Shown: piece by piece, positions 27,274 through 37,855 of the stretch
Layout of the letters: each line of letters begins with the position of its first letter
Numbering within the stretch: the stretch's first letter is position 1
NCBI GenBank assembly: GCA_028534125.1
Contig: CM052818.1
Coordinates: 8,868,001 to 8,932,000, forward strand
Origin: Lama glama
Lineage: Eukaryota
Direction: 5' to 3'
DNA: 64,000 nt
The notes under the pieces: generated by a model
What the model saw: the letters and a program-made list of their open reading frames with translations, nothing else
Database searches by the model: none
Told to the model about the DNA's origin: nothing
Position numbers and translations under genes: made by a program

Positions 27274-27520
27274 TTTCTTTTTTTTTTTTAATTTTTTTTT
27301 ATTGAGTTATAGTCATTTTACAATGCTGTGTCAAATTCCAGTGTAGCACACAACTTTTCAGTTATACCTGAACATGCATGTATTCATTGTCACATTTTTT
27401 CTCACTGCGAGCTATCACAAAATCTTGTATATATTTCCCTGTGCTATAGAGTATAATCTTGTTTATGTATTCTAGATTTTGAAGTCCCAGTCTGTCCCTT
27501 CCCACCCCCACCCCCTTGGT
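27274..27520 (-). mobile_element. Younger camelid/artiodactyl-type L1 3' end
   Basis: T-tail followed by attgagttatagtcattttacaatg..gtgtcaaattccagtgtag, tatatttccctgtgctata, cccccttgg. Confidence 0.8.
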
Positions 27521-30099
27521 TCTCTCTTTCTTGACCGTGCATCACAAACCCTCCTCCATCATTCCTTCCACCCTGACTCACCATGGGAGGCTTTCGCAAT
27601 CAAATAAATAAAGGCATTTCCCACCAACTTTAAGCCAGACAACTTTACCCCTCAATGTTCACCTTGCATTTCTCACGTCCCCCAAGAGGAAAAATACATG
27701 TGAGATGATTGCTATTTATTTCAGGTTTGCCCATGTTTGATCATTTTCTTATTTTTCTCTCTATGTGTTTCTCTGGGCATCTCCCATCTCACCAGCCAGG
27801 AGGATAACAGCAGATCAGAGGCTACAGAATCTGCAGCTCTGGCTCCTGGTTGACTGCTGCTCTAGGTGTGCTGGTCCTCAAGGTCCAAGTGGCAAAACAG
27901 GCAGGACTTGAGCTTGGTCACTGTTCCGGACCTTGGCACTTGTCATCTGACCGTGGGTCTCTGCACAGTTAGGTTTTATGCTAGGCCCCCTTGCAAGCCT
28001 GCCCCTTGGCTAACTTTGTGATGTGCTAACAAAGTTCTGTGTTTCCCTTCTCTTCTCTACCCACAGACTGGAAATAAATTATCCAATGATTAGTTAACAT
28101 CTCGTGACTGTTATCCCATTTTGCAATGAGGTGTGACAAGTGGGAAAAGCATTCTGATCCCAGTGACTTGAACCCTTGAACAAGAGGAGGAGGAGTCTAG
28201 AGGGCCACTGAGTCAAAGGAGGCAAGAGCTAGGCCTTTCTCTAGCGTCCAGGGAGACCTTGGGTAGGACCAGACTGGCTGGGAAGGCCTGGCCACTTCCC
28301 ACTCACTCAGGAATTTTTGGCAGCTGAAGGCGTGCTGCCTGGGCAGAGTCAGATGTCTGTGAACCAGCCCCAGAGCCCCCTCCCTGGTCATCTCCCCACC
28401 TCCACCCCACCCTCAGTACCTTCAGCCACTGAGCTATGCATGGGGGCAGTGTGGAGGACAGGGCAGGGGAACACAGCTCTGCCCCAGGCCCTTTCAGGCC
28501 AGTCCCCATTGTCACCACCAGGAGAATAAAGACAAACAAGGGAGGGAAGAAGAGGCCTCACTCCAAGGCAGTCAGAGGAAGGTCAGGGGTGCTCTGAGGG
28601 GGAGCACAGGGCAGATATTAACGAGGACAATGCAAGCTAGCAAGTGCTCTGACCCCAACAACAAAGGAACTGAACTTCCATATTGATATTTTTCCTTGGT
28701 CTGAGGGGCATTCACACGTCCAGCACACTCCTGGGCAACCCAGGGCCACTTGGAGGGGACTGAAGGTCTGCACCACCCCACCGCACTCCCCACCTGCTCC
28801 AGAGGTGAGAGCATTCAAAGAGATCAGGAACTAAGGACCAGTCCTTTTAAATCGGGGGGAGATTCATCCTAGAAACCAGACAATGGAACCCCTTCCATTT
28901 TGTAAGGCCTGCCCCAGACCCAGGGACTTAGAGCCCCCCCTTCCCCAGGAGGGGGTGGAGGCAGGGGACACTGCGGGGCTTGACCGAGATCCTAAGCAGC
29001 CTCTACCTGTGGACAAGTACAACCCTGGGGAGTCTGCTAGGCTCCGGGGAGAATGCAGGCAGGCAGGTCGTGCGGAGGCAGAGCTGACTGAGGGAGAGGA
29101 GGGCGGCTCGCCAAGGAGAGGGCAAGGTCTCCGAAGAGGGGCGGAGGAGGGGCAGTGGGTGAGAGACAAACTTGAAAGGTTTCCCATTGGTTCTTCACTG
29201 GAGGTAGACGGGAAAGGAGGCTCAGTGGAGGGGGGCGCCCAGAGATAACCTTGAGGAGAGCAGGAGGAGGACCCTAAGGGAGACACCTGGAGGAGACTGT
29301 GGCAGCTCAGAACCAGGGAGGTGACAGGATTAGAAGCCCAAGGATTTCGCGGTGGCGCAGGGTGGGTGGGAGAGCGCTGAGTGCGATGCTGCAGAGGCCC
29401 TGGAGGACAGGGAGCAGTGCCCGGGAGCCCAGGTCAGAATAGCGCAAGGCCAGAAGTGTTGGCCTCCTCCCACTGCTCGAATCACCTTGAAATGACAGTA
29501 AGGAATACAGAAATGAAGAGACCCAAGACAGCATCGACAACAAGGATGGTACCAGCAACAGAAGATTTCCTCTCTGAAAGATGGGAAACACACGGAATTG
29601 TGTTAACGGACAAACTAGGAGAGCACAATCCAGAACATGAATGAGGGAAGGAGCAGGGGATAAGGGGTCCGCCTTCTAGAGGGAGCCCCACATAGGCTCC
29701 CTGATTGGAGGAGGTAGTGGGGGTGCCTTGCTGGGGAACTGGCTGCACAACAGCTGGACCAACACCCCACCCCTTATACACAAAAGTTGGGTGAGCACGA
29801 GCTCAGATGCTAAGAAATGAGCAGAGATGCAGTGTGCAGGTTGGGAGAAGCAGAGCAGAACACCCCAAACAGACCCAGAGCAAAAAGAGGAAAGGCAGCT
29901 CTAGCACCTGGGGTCAAATCTGCCCGTTCCCCACCTGCTCATGCCCTGAAAGGACATTGGCCTAAACCAGTGACATATACTCATACAGACCCTCACTCCC
30001 AAAGCAGGGAAGTGGCCTTCGGGTGACCAGTCCTGAAAAAGAAATCCTTCTCAGGAACGTGTATATCAGTTCAGTCCTTCATTCATAAAATGGCAAATA

Positions 30100-30380
30100 A
30101 TCACTCTCTTCCCTAAAAATTGATAAACACAGTATAACAAAGTCCTGAAATAATTCATGAAGAATTGTCGAAATAAAAGTCTAATTTATTCTCTTAAAGG
30201 AAGTCATTGCATCCAAAAAGAACAGGCTGCTATGGAAAGAGGAATAATCAGAGAACAAGATCTTGTTTTGGAAATAAAAAAAAAAAGGGGAAAAGATGGC
30301 CAAATTAAAATTTTCTATAGAGGGCTAGGTAATAGAATAGTTGTAACTGAAAACCAAATTGTTTCTGCAGTGGATCGTAG
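30100..30380 (+). mobile_element. Degenerate ancient L1/HAL1 ORF1-like fragment
   Basis: A-rich gaacaggctgctatggaaagagg..cagagaacaagatcttg..ggaaataaaaa..tagagggctagg. Confidence 0.4.
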
Positions 30381-30564
30381 CAATAGTCACAGCACAACCC
30401 TAATCTACCTAAGGCCATTGTACACTTGAAATGGGTGAATATTGTGGTAGGAAATTTATATCTCAACAGAGCTGTTACAAACAAGGAGCCCAGCCCCCTC
30501 AGGCCGGAAGGTGGGTCACTATGAGGCCTGTTTCCTGCACTGTTCTTCAGACTGAGCTCCAGTT

Positions 30565-30720
30565 CCATGCTGCCAGTTGGTTTAACACACATTCCACCTA
30601 TTGGCTGCCTTCCTTCCCAAAGTTACTTCCCCATGAACCATGGACCTGCACTTCCCAAAACACTATAGAGAATAGAATCCTCCTAAGATCTATTTCTGGA
30701 AGAACCCCAACCAAGAATAA
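30565..30720 (+). mobile_element. LTR16-like ERVL LTR 3' part
   Basis: tattggctgccttccttccc...aatcctcctaagatctatttctggaagaaccccaaccaaga. Confidence 0.45.
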
Positions 30721-31252
30721 TATTTTTTCATTTTGATTCAGTGATTTTAAAAGAAGAGGTGGTTGAAGTTGGTGCCAGGATGAGGGTGACTGATGACATT
30801 TCAGTAGGATGGTTAGGGAGGCCAGTCTTGGGGAGGGCTTAGCTGATGAGCTGGAAGAGAGTGTCAGTTGAAGACAGGCTAGGAATGGGCGGACGCAGGA
30901 TGGCAGGATTCCAGGCAGTGGATGAGGCCATGCTGTAGCCGGCTTACTGCTTGAGTAGAATGAAAGAGCATTTCCCTGATGCAGGGCAGCTGTCGGGAAG
31001 CTGCAAGCACCACTGTTCACTGCCAGGCCCCTGACTTCAGAATAAGCTCTTGGATTACAATCAAATTAAAAACTACTTCTGCTGCTTCAGCACAATCAAT
31101 ACATCCCCTTTCACAATGCACAATAGACAGGAAGAAAACAACTGCCAGCTCAGAAGCCACTATGGTTGCTTGGGTGAAAATTCCTGATCACAGATCAAAG
31201 TGAGAGAGGCAGGAAATCAACCTAAATGGGGCTCCATCTTCCAGTTTAAGGG

Positions 31253-31276
31253 CACACACACACACACACACACACA
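31253..31276 (+). repeat. (CA)12 microsatellite
   Basis: Perfect CA run. Confidence 0.95.
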
Positions 31277-33465
31277 GGATTTCAATTATTCTAAGATGTA
31301 CTATTTCACATTTTAACACCTCTGCAATTGTGGGATATCATACCATTGATACAAGTCACATTCAACTGGCAGTGGGTTTTTTTTAGTGGTATACAGAAAG
31401 TATTGCATCTTACAATTAATAAACATGGGATTTCATATGTGATGTGAACAAACAAGATTTTTCGTGCTCCTTAAAGACAAAAATGCCTCATTCTCGGCCT
31501 CTGTCTTTCAAGATGATATTAAAGGCAAAAACTTCCAAGTGTATTACTTTCAGACCTGAATGAATTATATTTTAATTTTCCAGATTGATTGTTAACTCTA
31601 ATAAGGTAAAGTTCAATTTCAAAATTGTTTGGCAGATGTTCCGAATATTTAAAAAAATAAAGCCAATATAGAACTAACAGAAAGGAAAAACGAGTTGATC
31701 TTATAAATACACAGGCCAGCACATGAAGCATTTATTTTCCTGTTCTAAACAAGAATTTTTACTTTATCTGATATTTTTCTTAAGGCAAATCACAGAGAAG
31801 TTAACTTTCGGCCCAAGTAAAGGCTTTGTTCATTGCAGCTTTCCTGGAATGAGCCATCCTTTACCTTCATAAACTTATTCTCCCCTTCTACTTCTGAGGG
31901 AGCCAAGGCAACCCAAAACATCAGAACTTCCAGATCACATCAATTGGGGGTAGAAAAGTAGGAGATAGTCAGGGTGCCTTTAATTCTAGATTCAACTTCA
32001 AGGGTGACTCCGACTTCCTGCCCTTTTCTACTCTCCCTCAACCAACTCAAGAAAGGAAACCAGGGTCAGGGATGGAATGAGTCGTTCTGGTCGCTTTCAT
32101 CCTTTCCCTCTTAAGGCCGGGCTGGTTTATGAAAAGTCCAAACTCTTGCAATGCTCCTTTAGCTTTTTGACCTTCAAACTCAAAACCAACATGACTTGGG
32201 AGTAACCATGAAAAAGGTTCAAATACCAATTTCCCCTGAGGTTTCAGGTGTTGAACAGTTCCCTAAGAATGAATTAGACTGACGTTTACATCCAGGAGCT
32301 GGAAGCTCAGGTTAGAATCCGTCTCATGGGCACCAAGAGAGGGCTTCATGGATTTAAGGACCAGTCAGGACCAGAATTGAGCCCAAGTATGTGCAAAGCT
32401 CTAAAGATGAGTATCCCTGTGCTGAAAAGCCCGTGAGGTCAATGACCAGTGCTGTGGGCGCAGGTCATGACTGCAGGAGAACTTCTGCCAAATAAAGAAG
32501 AGCAGAGATCATCTCACCCACCAAGTATCATCAGCGCCAAGGACTTCTGTTCAAACAATGGCACGTGTCAAGTGGAGGCTCACAAAAGGCCCTCAGTAGC
32601 CCTTCCAAAGTGTTTCAAAACCTGCTACGTCTCTTCTGTCTCCACAGACTTGAAATCTCAGCAGAGAACCCATAAAAGAAAAAAAGTTAAAGAAATCTTC
32701 CTCAGAGGAGAAGTCTATTACCTGAGAAGGCCTGGCCAAGTTACGTGGACAGAAGCAAATGGTGAACCAATTACTTGTGAATGTTCTTAGAGCTTCATTA
32801 TTCTTCTCTAAACCTGACGTGCTGACGGAGCCCTCAGGAAGAGGTGCTGGCAACCACTGGGGCAGAGAGGTCAGATGCAGGCACGTGAAACCTTTAGGAG
32901 GACCAAGCATACAATTCCTCAAAACCCACTTCACATAACTGTGCCCTCACATACACGGCCTCCACGTGCCCAGTGGGAGAGGACAGTGTGCCGACTATTC
33001 TCACAACACTAATCCTTCTGTTTTTTGAGTTTCATCAAATGTTTACTTGTTTTTAATTGAACATTAGCAATTTCTTCTCAACCTAAGTCTAGGAAAGACA
33101 CTTGAGTGATCAGAGGCTGCTCTATATTTCATCACTGCGGATACAAACCCCAAAATGGACATGGCTTACAATAATACAGCCTTTAAGATGGTGCTCCATG
33201 TCTTAAATTCCTTATACTCACTGGAAATAGGAGCATAAATAAATATTCATATCATCCTTTAAAGACTCTACATGGGAAAGCACTTTTACAAATTCTAAAT
33301 GCAAATACAGATGACCCACTGGGACAGAGAAAAAGGTAGACTTCAATATTATGGTAATAGTTTCTAGGGGAAAAAATGGCCTCTTTGGGGTAAAATGCAA
33401 TTAAATACAGGGAACAGATGATAGATTACTACACATTACACATGACAATTAAAAATACAGAAGAC

Positions 33466-33471
33466 TTTATT
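33466..33471 (-). terminator. Distal polyadenylation signal AATAAA
   Basis: tttatt on +; downstream on the minus strand lies TTTTTAATTGTCATGTGTAATGTGT (U/GU-rich element). Confidence 0.7.
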
Positions 33472-33658
33472 TCCAACTTCTTACAGTCCCCAGTTATCAC
33501 ATCTGGTAAGAATCCTCATCTCTATAAACACAAAAATATCTCAAGAAAGCATGTTACAAGATAGTATATATAAGCAATAGTTTGGCAAAATTTTATCAAT
33601 TCTAGTAGTTCACACCCCCCCCAAAACCAAATTTTAAAATTCAAAAATAACAATTACC

Positions 33659-33664
33659 TTTATT
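33659..33664 (-). terminator. Proximal polyadenylation signal AATAAA
   Basis: tttatt on +; on the minus strand it is preceded by TGTA motifs and followed by TTGTTATTTTTG...TTTGGTTTTGGGG. Confidence 0.6.
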
Positions 33665-34759
33665 TAACACATTACACATTAACACTTAAAATATCATGCT
33701 CTAGTTAAATATATCATCAACAACACTGTATACAAATAAAATATTACACAAAATATATTTAAGAAAATGTTTTGGTCTTTGATCTGAACAATAAATAAAA
33801 ACACAGGCACTTCTACACTGAGACAGGGAAGCAGTTGCTACTCAGAATAATTATTTTTGTATAAGCAACATGTGAAAAGACGGCAAGAATAGAAATCCTG
33901 CAGTTTTAAACCAACAAACCATTCATGAAAAGGTCTGCAACTTCAGTCTTTTCACTTAAAGTTCAAAAGCTACACATGCTTTCCTGGTCCACAATGAAAA
34001 ATCAGAAACATAATATGGTTGCCGGAGTCAGGTCAATCTTCAGTTTGAAGATTATGGAATTACACTCATTATTTTCAGATACTAAAAATAGAGAACTATT
34101 ATGATACCATCCAGCAAACCAAATTCAAGACAGTTAAACTTTCTCCTGATGACTATAAGACCGTAACAAGATAAACTGGATGCCACATGGCGATGATTCT
34201 CATTCTGTAAAATCACTAGATTAGGTTAACAAAATACTGTTGGGGTGGAAAGAAATTTTGACAGAAGTCAATTTTTCTAGACAATTTGAAAAATGAGCCC
34301 AAATTTCATGAAAATAAACATAATTCCATTTCACAAAAACCAGAGTCCAAACAATACATTTGTAGCCAATAGGTGTATGGACACCTAAATTGCAGATAAT
34401 TCAGTCATTATAATGGGAAATAGGAATATTATCATGTGAAGGTAAAACAAAAATAACTTAAAGTGGTCAAGTTCCAGGAACATGATTTCAGATAACAAGG
34501 AGGGTAAATCAGAAACTAGGGCGAGCTGGACAGCAGGAAGGGTCAGAGCCAAGTGTCTCCCGACAACCTCCATAAAAAACCCATCTGCTCTCCCTCTTCA
34601 GAAAGTACCACACAGTAGGGTTTGGAAGCCCTCAAATGGACACTATTTATGAAGGCAATTTTGATGCTTTAACATAGAAATTACCCCTAATGTGAGAGAG
34701 CACAACATGGGAGCTATTCGAGATATGTCTTTCTATGCAAAATTTAGTTTGTATATAGT

Positions 34760-35953
34760 TTAGCAATTTAAATGAGCATTTTGCAACCGAGACCAAATAT
34801 CAATCATCTCTTGAGGTTTCCTACTGTGTACTAACATCAGATCTAGATAGGAACAAATGTTATTCTTGTTTTTCTCTTCTATATCAAATGTCCTGAAGCC
34901 TTTGTGTTTCTCTGGAACGAGGCCGAGTTTTTGAAGGCACATTCCAGTATAAACGTCATCAATGGGGTAGAGGAGGACCCGGTCAGTTACATTGTACAGC
35001 CGCAGGGCCAGGTGGCCCGAGTAGAGGAACCCTCCTCCCCCTGCATAAGGCGGATACACGCCAGTGTAAACAACTTCCGGGATGTAGTACTTCAGTTTCT
35101 TATCCCGATGAGGTCCAGCATTGTGAATCACATCGCCTATAAACAAATCTTTGGCTTTGTTCTTGGATAAGCTATTCAAGTAATTCAGGATGTGATGAGT
35201 GTTCACAAAAACATCGTCATCACCCTTGAAAACGAACTCGGCATTTGGGCAGGAAGTGCTCACCCACCTGAGAAACAGTACTTCTTTCAGGGACAAGTTG
35301 AAGAACGTGTCTCTGTAGCTCCACATGAGGATGTCTTGGTGCTTCTCACTCTCAAATTTCAGCATATCTGAAAGGTCGGGATGGTTGTCCTCTGGGGGAG
35401 TCTGGCCCAGCAAAAAGACTCGCACCACTGTTTGGTTCCCCACATTAGTTTCCTTGCCCCAGGATTCTCGAATTGCCTGCCTTCTATCGAAATGTGAAGT
35501 GAGGGACTTAATTGCCAGCAATAAGAAAGGCTTCTTTGCACACTTATCTGGTTGATCTATAAGCAGTGAATAATTTCGACATCTCAAATACAGCAGAAAG
35601 TCTTTAAATCTGTCTGGCAAATTGTTGAAATCTGAAACCACGGATGTGACCCTCAGGTCAGGTTCACAATAATTCAGATGGCTGATGTTGGAAAATCCAG
35701 GTACTTCCCCTGTCTGGTTGGGCAACATGTTCAAAATGGGATTGTACCTCCTGTTCAGCTTTTCTTGTTCCCTGTTCCAGTATGCAGTGGGAGGCTCAGA
35801 TATCTTCCAGAACTTTTCTTTGGGTATTATTACTTCCCCCTTTCCATTTTTTTCTTGGCTACTGCTTTTGGAGACTTCCACAATCAAATAAATGAAGACA
35901 TTTACCATCATCAGGATTCCCAACAACTTTATTCTTCGACGTCCAACACTCAT
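34760..35953 (-). CDS. B3GNT2: N-acetyllactosaminide beta-1,3-N-acetylglucosaminyltransferase 2 (GT31, type II Golgi membrane protein), 397 aa, single coding exon
   Basis: Intact ORF MSVGRRRIKLLGILMM...NAHLNC. It has a short basic tail, an N-terminal TM helix, and GT31 motifs LLLAIKS, RRQAIRESWG, DTFFNLSLKE, FKGDDDVFV (DxD), YPPYAGGGG and IDDVYTG. Length and sequence match my recollection of mammalian B3GNT2. Confidence 0.98.
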   Translation of the reverse strand: MSVGRRRIKLLGILMMVNVFIYLIVEVSKSSSQEKNGKGEVIIPKEKFWKISEPPTAYWNREQEKLNRRYNPILNMLPNQTGEVPGFSNISHLNYCEPDLRVTSVVSDFNNLPDRFKDFLLYLRCRNYSLLIDQPDKCAKKPFLLLAIKSLTSHFDRRQAIRESWGKETNVGNQTVVRVFLLGQTPPEDNHPDLSDMLKFESEKHQDILMWSYRDTFFNLSLKEVLFLRWVSTSCPNAEFVFKGDDDVFVNTHHILNYLNSLSKNKAKDLFIGDVIHNAGPHRDKKLKYYIPEVVYTGVYPPYAGGGGFLYSGHLALRLYNVTDRVLLYPIDDVYTGMCLQKLGLVPEKHKGFRTFDIEEKNKNNICSYLDLMLVHSRKPQEMIDIWSRLQNAHLNC

Positions 35954-36045
35954 TTCTCATATCTGAAATAAAAGAGAGGAGGACTGTATTAATTAGCTTG
36001 TTGTCCATTTGCACATGCTCCTATGTCACTTGCCTCTTTGTCTTT

Positions 36046-36168
36046 TTTTTTTTTTTTGGAGAGGGGAGGTAATTGGTTTGTTTGTTTGTTTAATGGAGGT
36101 AGTGGGGATTGAATCCAGGACCTCGTGCATGCTAAACATGTGCTCTACCACTGAGCTATACCCTGTCC
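36046..36168 (-). mobile_element. vic-1-like SINE, full length, 13-bp TSD
   Basis: CCTCTTTGTCTTT at 36033-36045 and 36169-36181; intact A and B boxes on the minus strand (TAGCTCAGTGG, GGATTCAATCC). Confidence 0.92.
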
Positions 36169-36199
36169 CCTCTTTGTCTTTATGTCCTCTCAGAATAGC

Positions 36200-36425
36200 A
36201 GTTTAGAGCAGATTCTAGACTTGTGCTGTCTGGGTTCTAATCACAGCCCTACCATTCTAGATTTGAACTCTGTGACTTCAGGCAAGTTGCATAACCAATG
36301 TCTCAGCTTTTCCATCTATAAAATGGGGATAATAACTCATGTCAGAAAATGGATGGGAGAGCTATATGCTTTTCTATGTAAGCTTATAAAACAGTGGCTG
36401 GCCCACAGTGAGCTGTACATAGTGA
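36200..36425 (+). mobile_element. MIR SINE
   Basis: tgtgacttcaggcaagttgcataacc..tctcagcttttccatctataaaatggggataata. Confidence 0.8.
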
Positions 36426-37701
36426 CTGTTAACACTGGCTGTTTTTGACACCAAAGGACAGAGATAATCATTTACTAAATAATTCATAGGTGGTTCAACT
36501 TCCTTGCTTAGACAATGAAATATACAAATTAGTGTGCTGCAAAGGGATGTGCTCACAACTCATAATAACAAATACATTTTATATTTGTTATTATGTATGC
36601 ACATGTACATTACAGTTCTATGTAATTCATTGATTCTATATTTCATTCTATTTCTTCTTCTTTTTTTAACAGTGGTTGTTTGTATCCAATCTTGAATTGT
36701 TTCCCAACTTACCACTTTACAGATGAGGAAACCAAAGCAGAAAAATTAAGACATTTGCCCAAGATTGCAGGGCTAGGAGGTGAAGAAGACACTAACTATA
36801 CTGAGTGTTCAGAGAGTTAAAATGAAAAGACGCACACCAGCTTTATCTGAATAGCCCACAACTGACACCAACACACATACCATCAACAGAAGAATAGATT
36901 ATGAAACTGTGGTATATTCAAACACTGGAATAACCCCCAGCAATAAAAACGAAAACTACTGCTACTAGCAACAGCAGTACAGTACTAGCGAGAGACAGAC
37001 CTCAAATTCCATTTACGTTAGGTTCAAGAAGGCAAAATTAATCTAGGCCCTGCTGTCTATAGCAAGAAGGAAAAGAGAAATGAAAATGACATTTCAGTGA
37101 AATATCAAAGGCCAAGAATAGATTTCAGGCTGTGGGCAACAAAGAACAAAGAAAGAGCAATGAGATGGTTTGCTAGGGCTGTAACTCCAGCATCGAGCAC
37201 TCTGGAGATGGATGACCTGCCCAAGAACAACCAGTTAGATAAGCCTGACATTAAAAAGACAACCTAAAAACCAAAAAAGTGGAGTGGCAATACACTGCAA
37301 AGAATTTTCTTATCAGGTTAATTCTACAACTGAGAATGTATCCTTAGAAAAGAATCCCAAAGTAGAACTCCTTCTCAGACACTGGGCACTGTCTTGATAC
37401 AGTGAGCCTATGAAGTAGATACTGTTACTTTTATTCCCATTCTATACTTGAGGAAACAGATTTAAAGAAGAAACTGTGTCAAGGGCAGAGCTGGAATCCT
37501 AGCTAAGGGGATAGGGTTCCAAGACCACCATGTCAAATGGTAGCCACTCTTCTCTGACTTCTAGAACAAAGTGGTCTTTTTTTTTTTCTTGCAAGGGGGC
37601 AGGGGGTTAACAAACACTGATTCTTCTAAAATTTCAGTACAGATTGTGAAAGCTGAAGAAGAATGGTGTCAAGGAAACAATTTGGTTGGAAGAGCATAGG
37701 A

Positions 37702-37855
37702 TTTTTTTTTTAAGTATAGTTGACTTACAACGTTATATTAATTCCAGGTCTACCACATAGTGATTTGACATTTTTACAACTCATACTCCATATGAAGTCA
37801 TTATAAAATATTGACTATATTCCCTGTGCTGTATATTACAGCCTTGTAACTTGTT
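37702..37855 (-). mobile_element. Artiodactyl-type L1 3' end
   Basis: T-run followed by aagtatagttgacttacaa..ttccagg..catagtgatt..tatattccctgtgctgta. Confidence 0.75.

Larger units (their letters stand above)
33445..34759 (-). other. B3GNT2: B3GNT2 3'UTR (to the distal poly(A) site)
   Basis: AT-rich sequence with no recognisable repeats downstream of the stop codon, ending near AATAAA at 33471-33466, which is followed by GU-rich sequence. Confidence 0.7.

Noticed and set aside
28883..29660. GC-rich ORF cluster suggestive of a pseudogene
   Set aside because: No recognisable protein similarity, poly(A) tail or TSD; may be an ancient L1 5' region next to the ORF1-like fragment.
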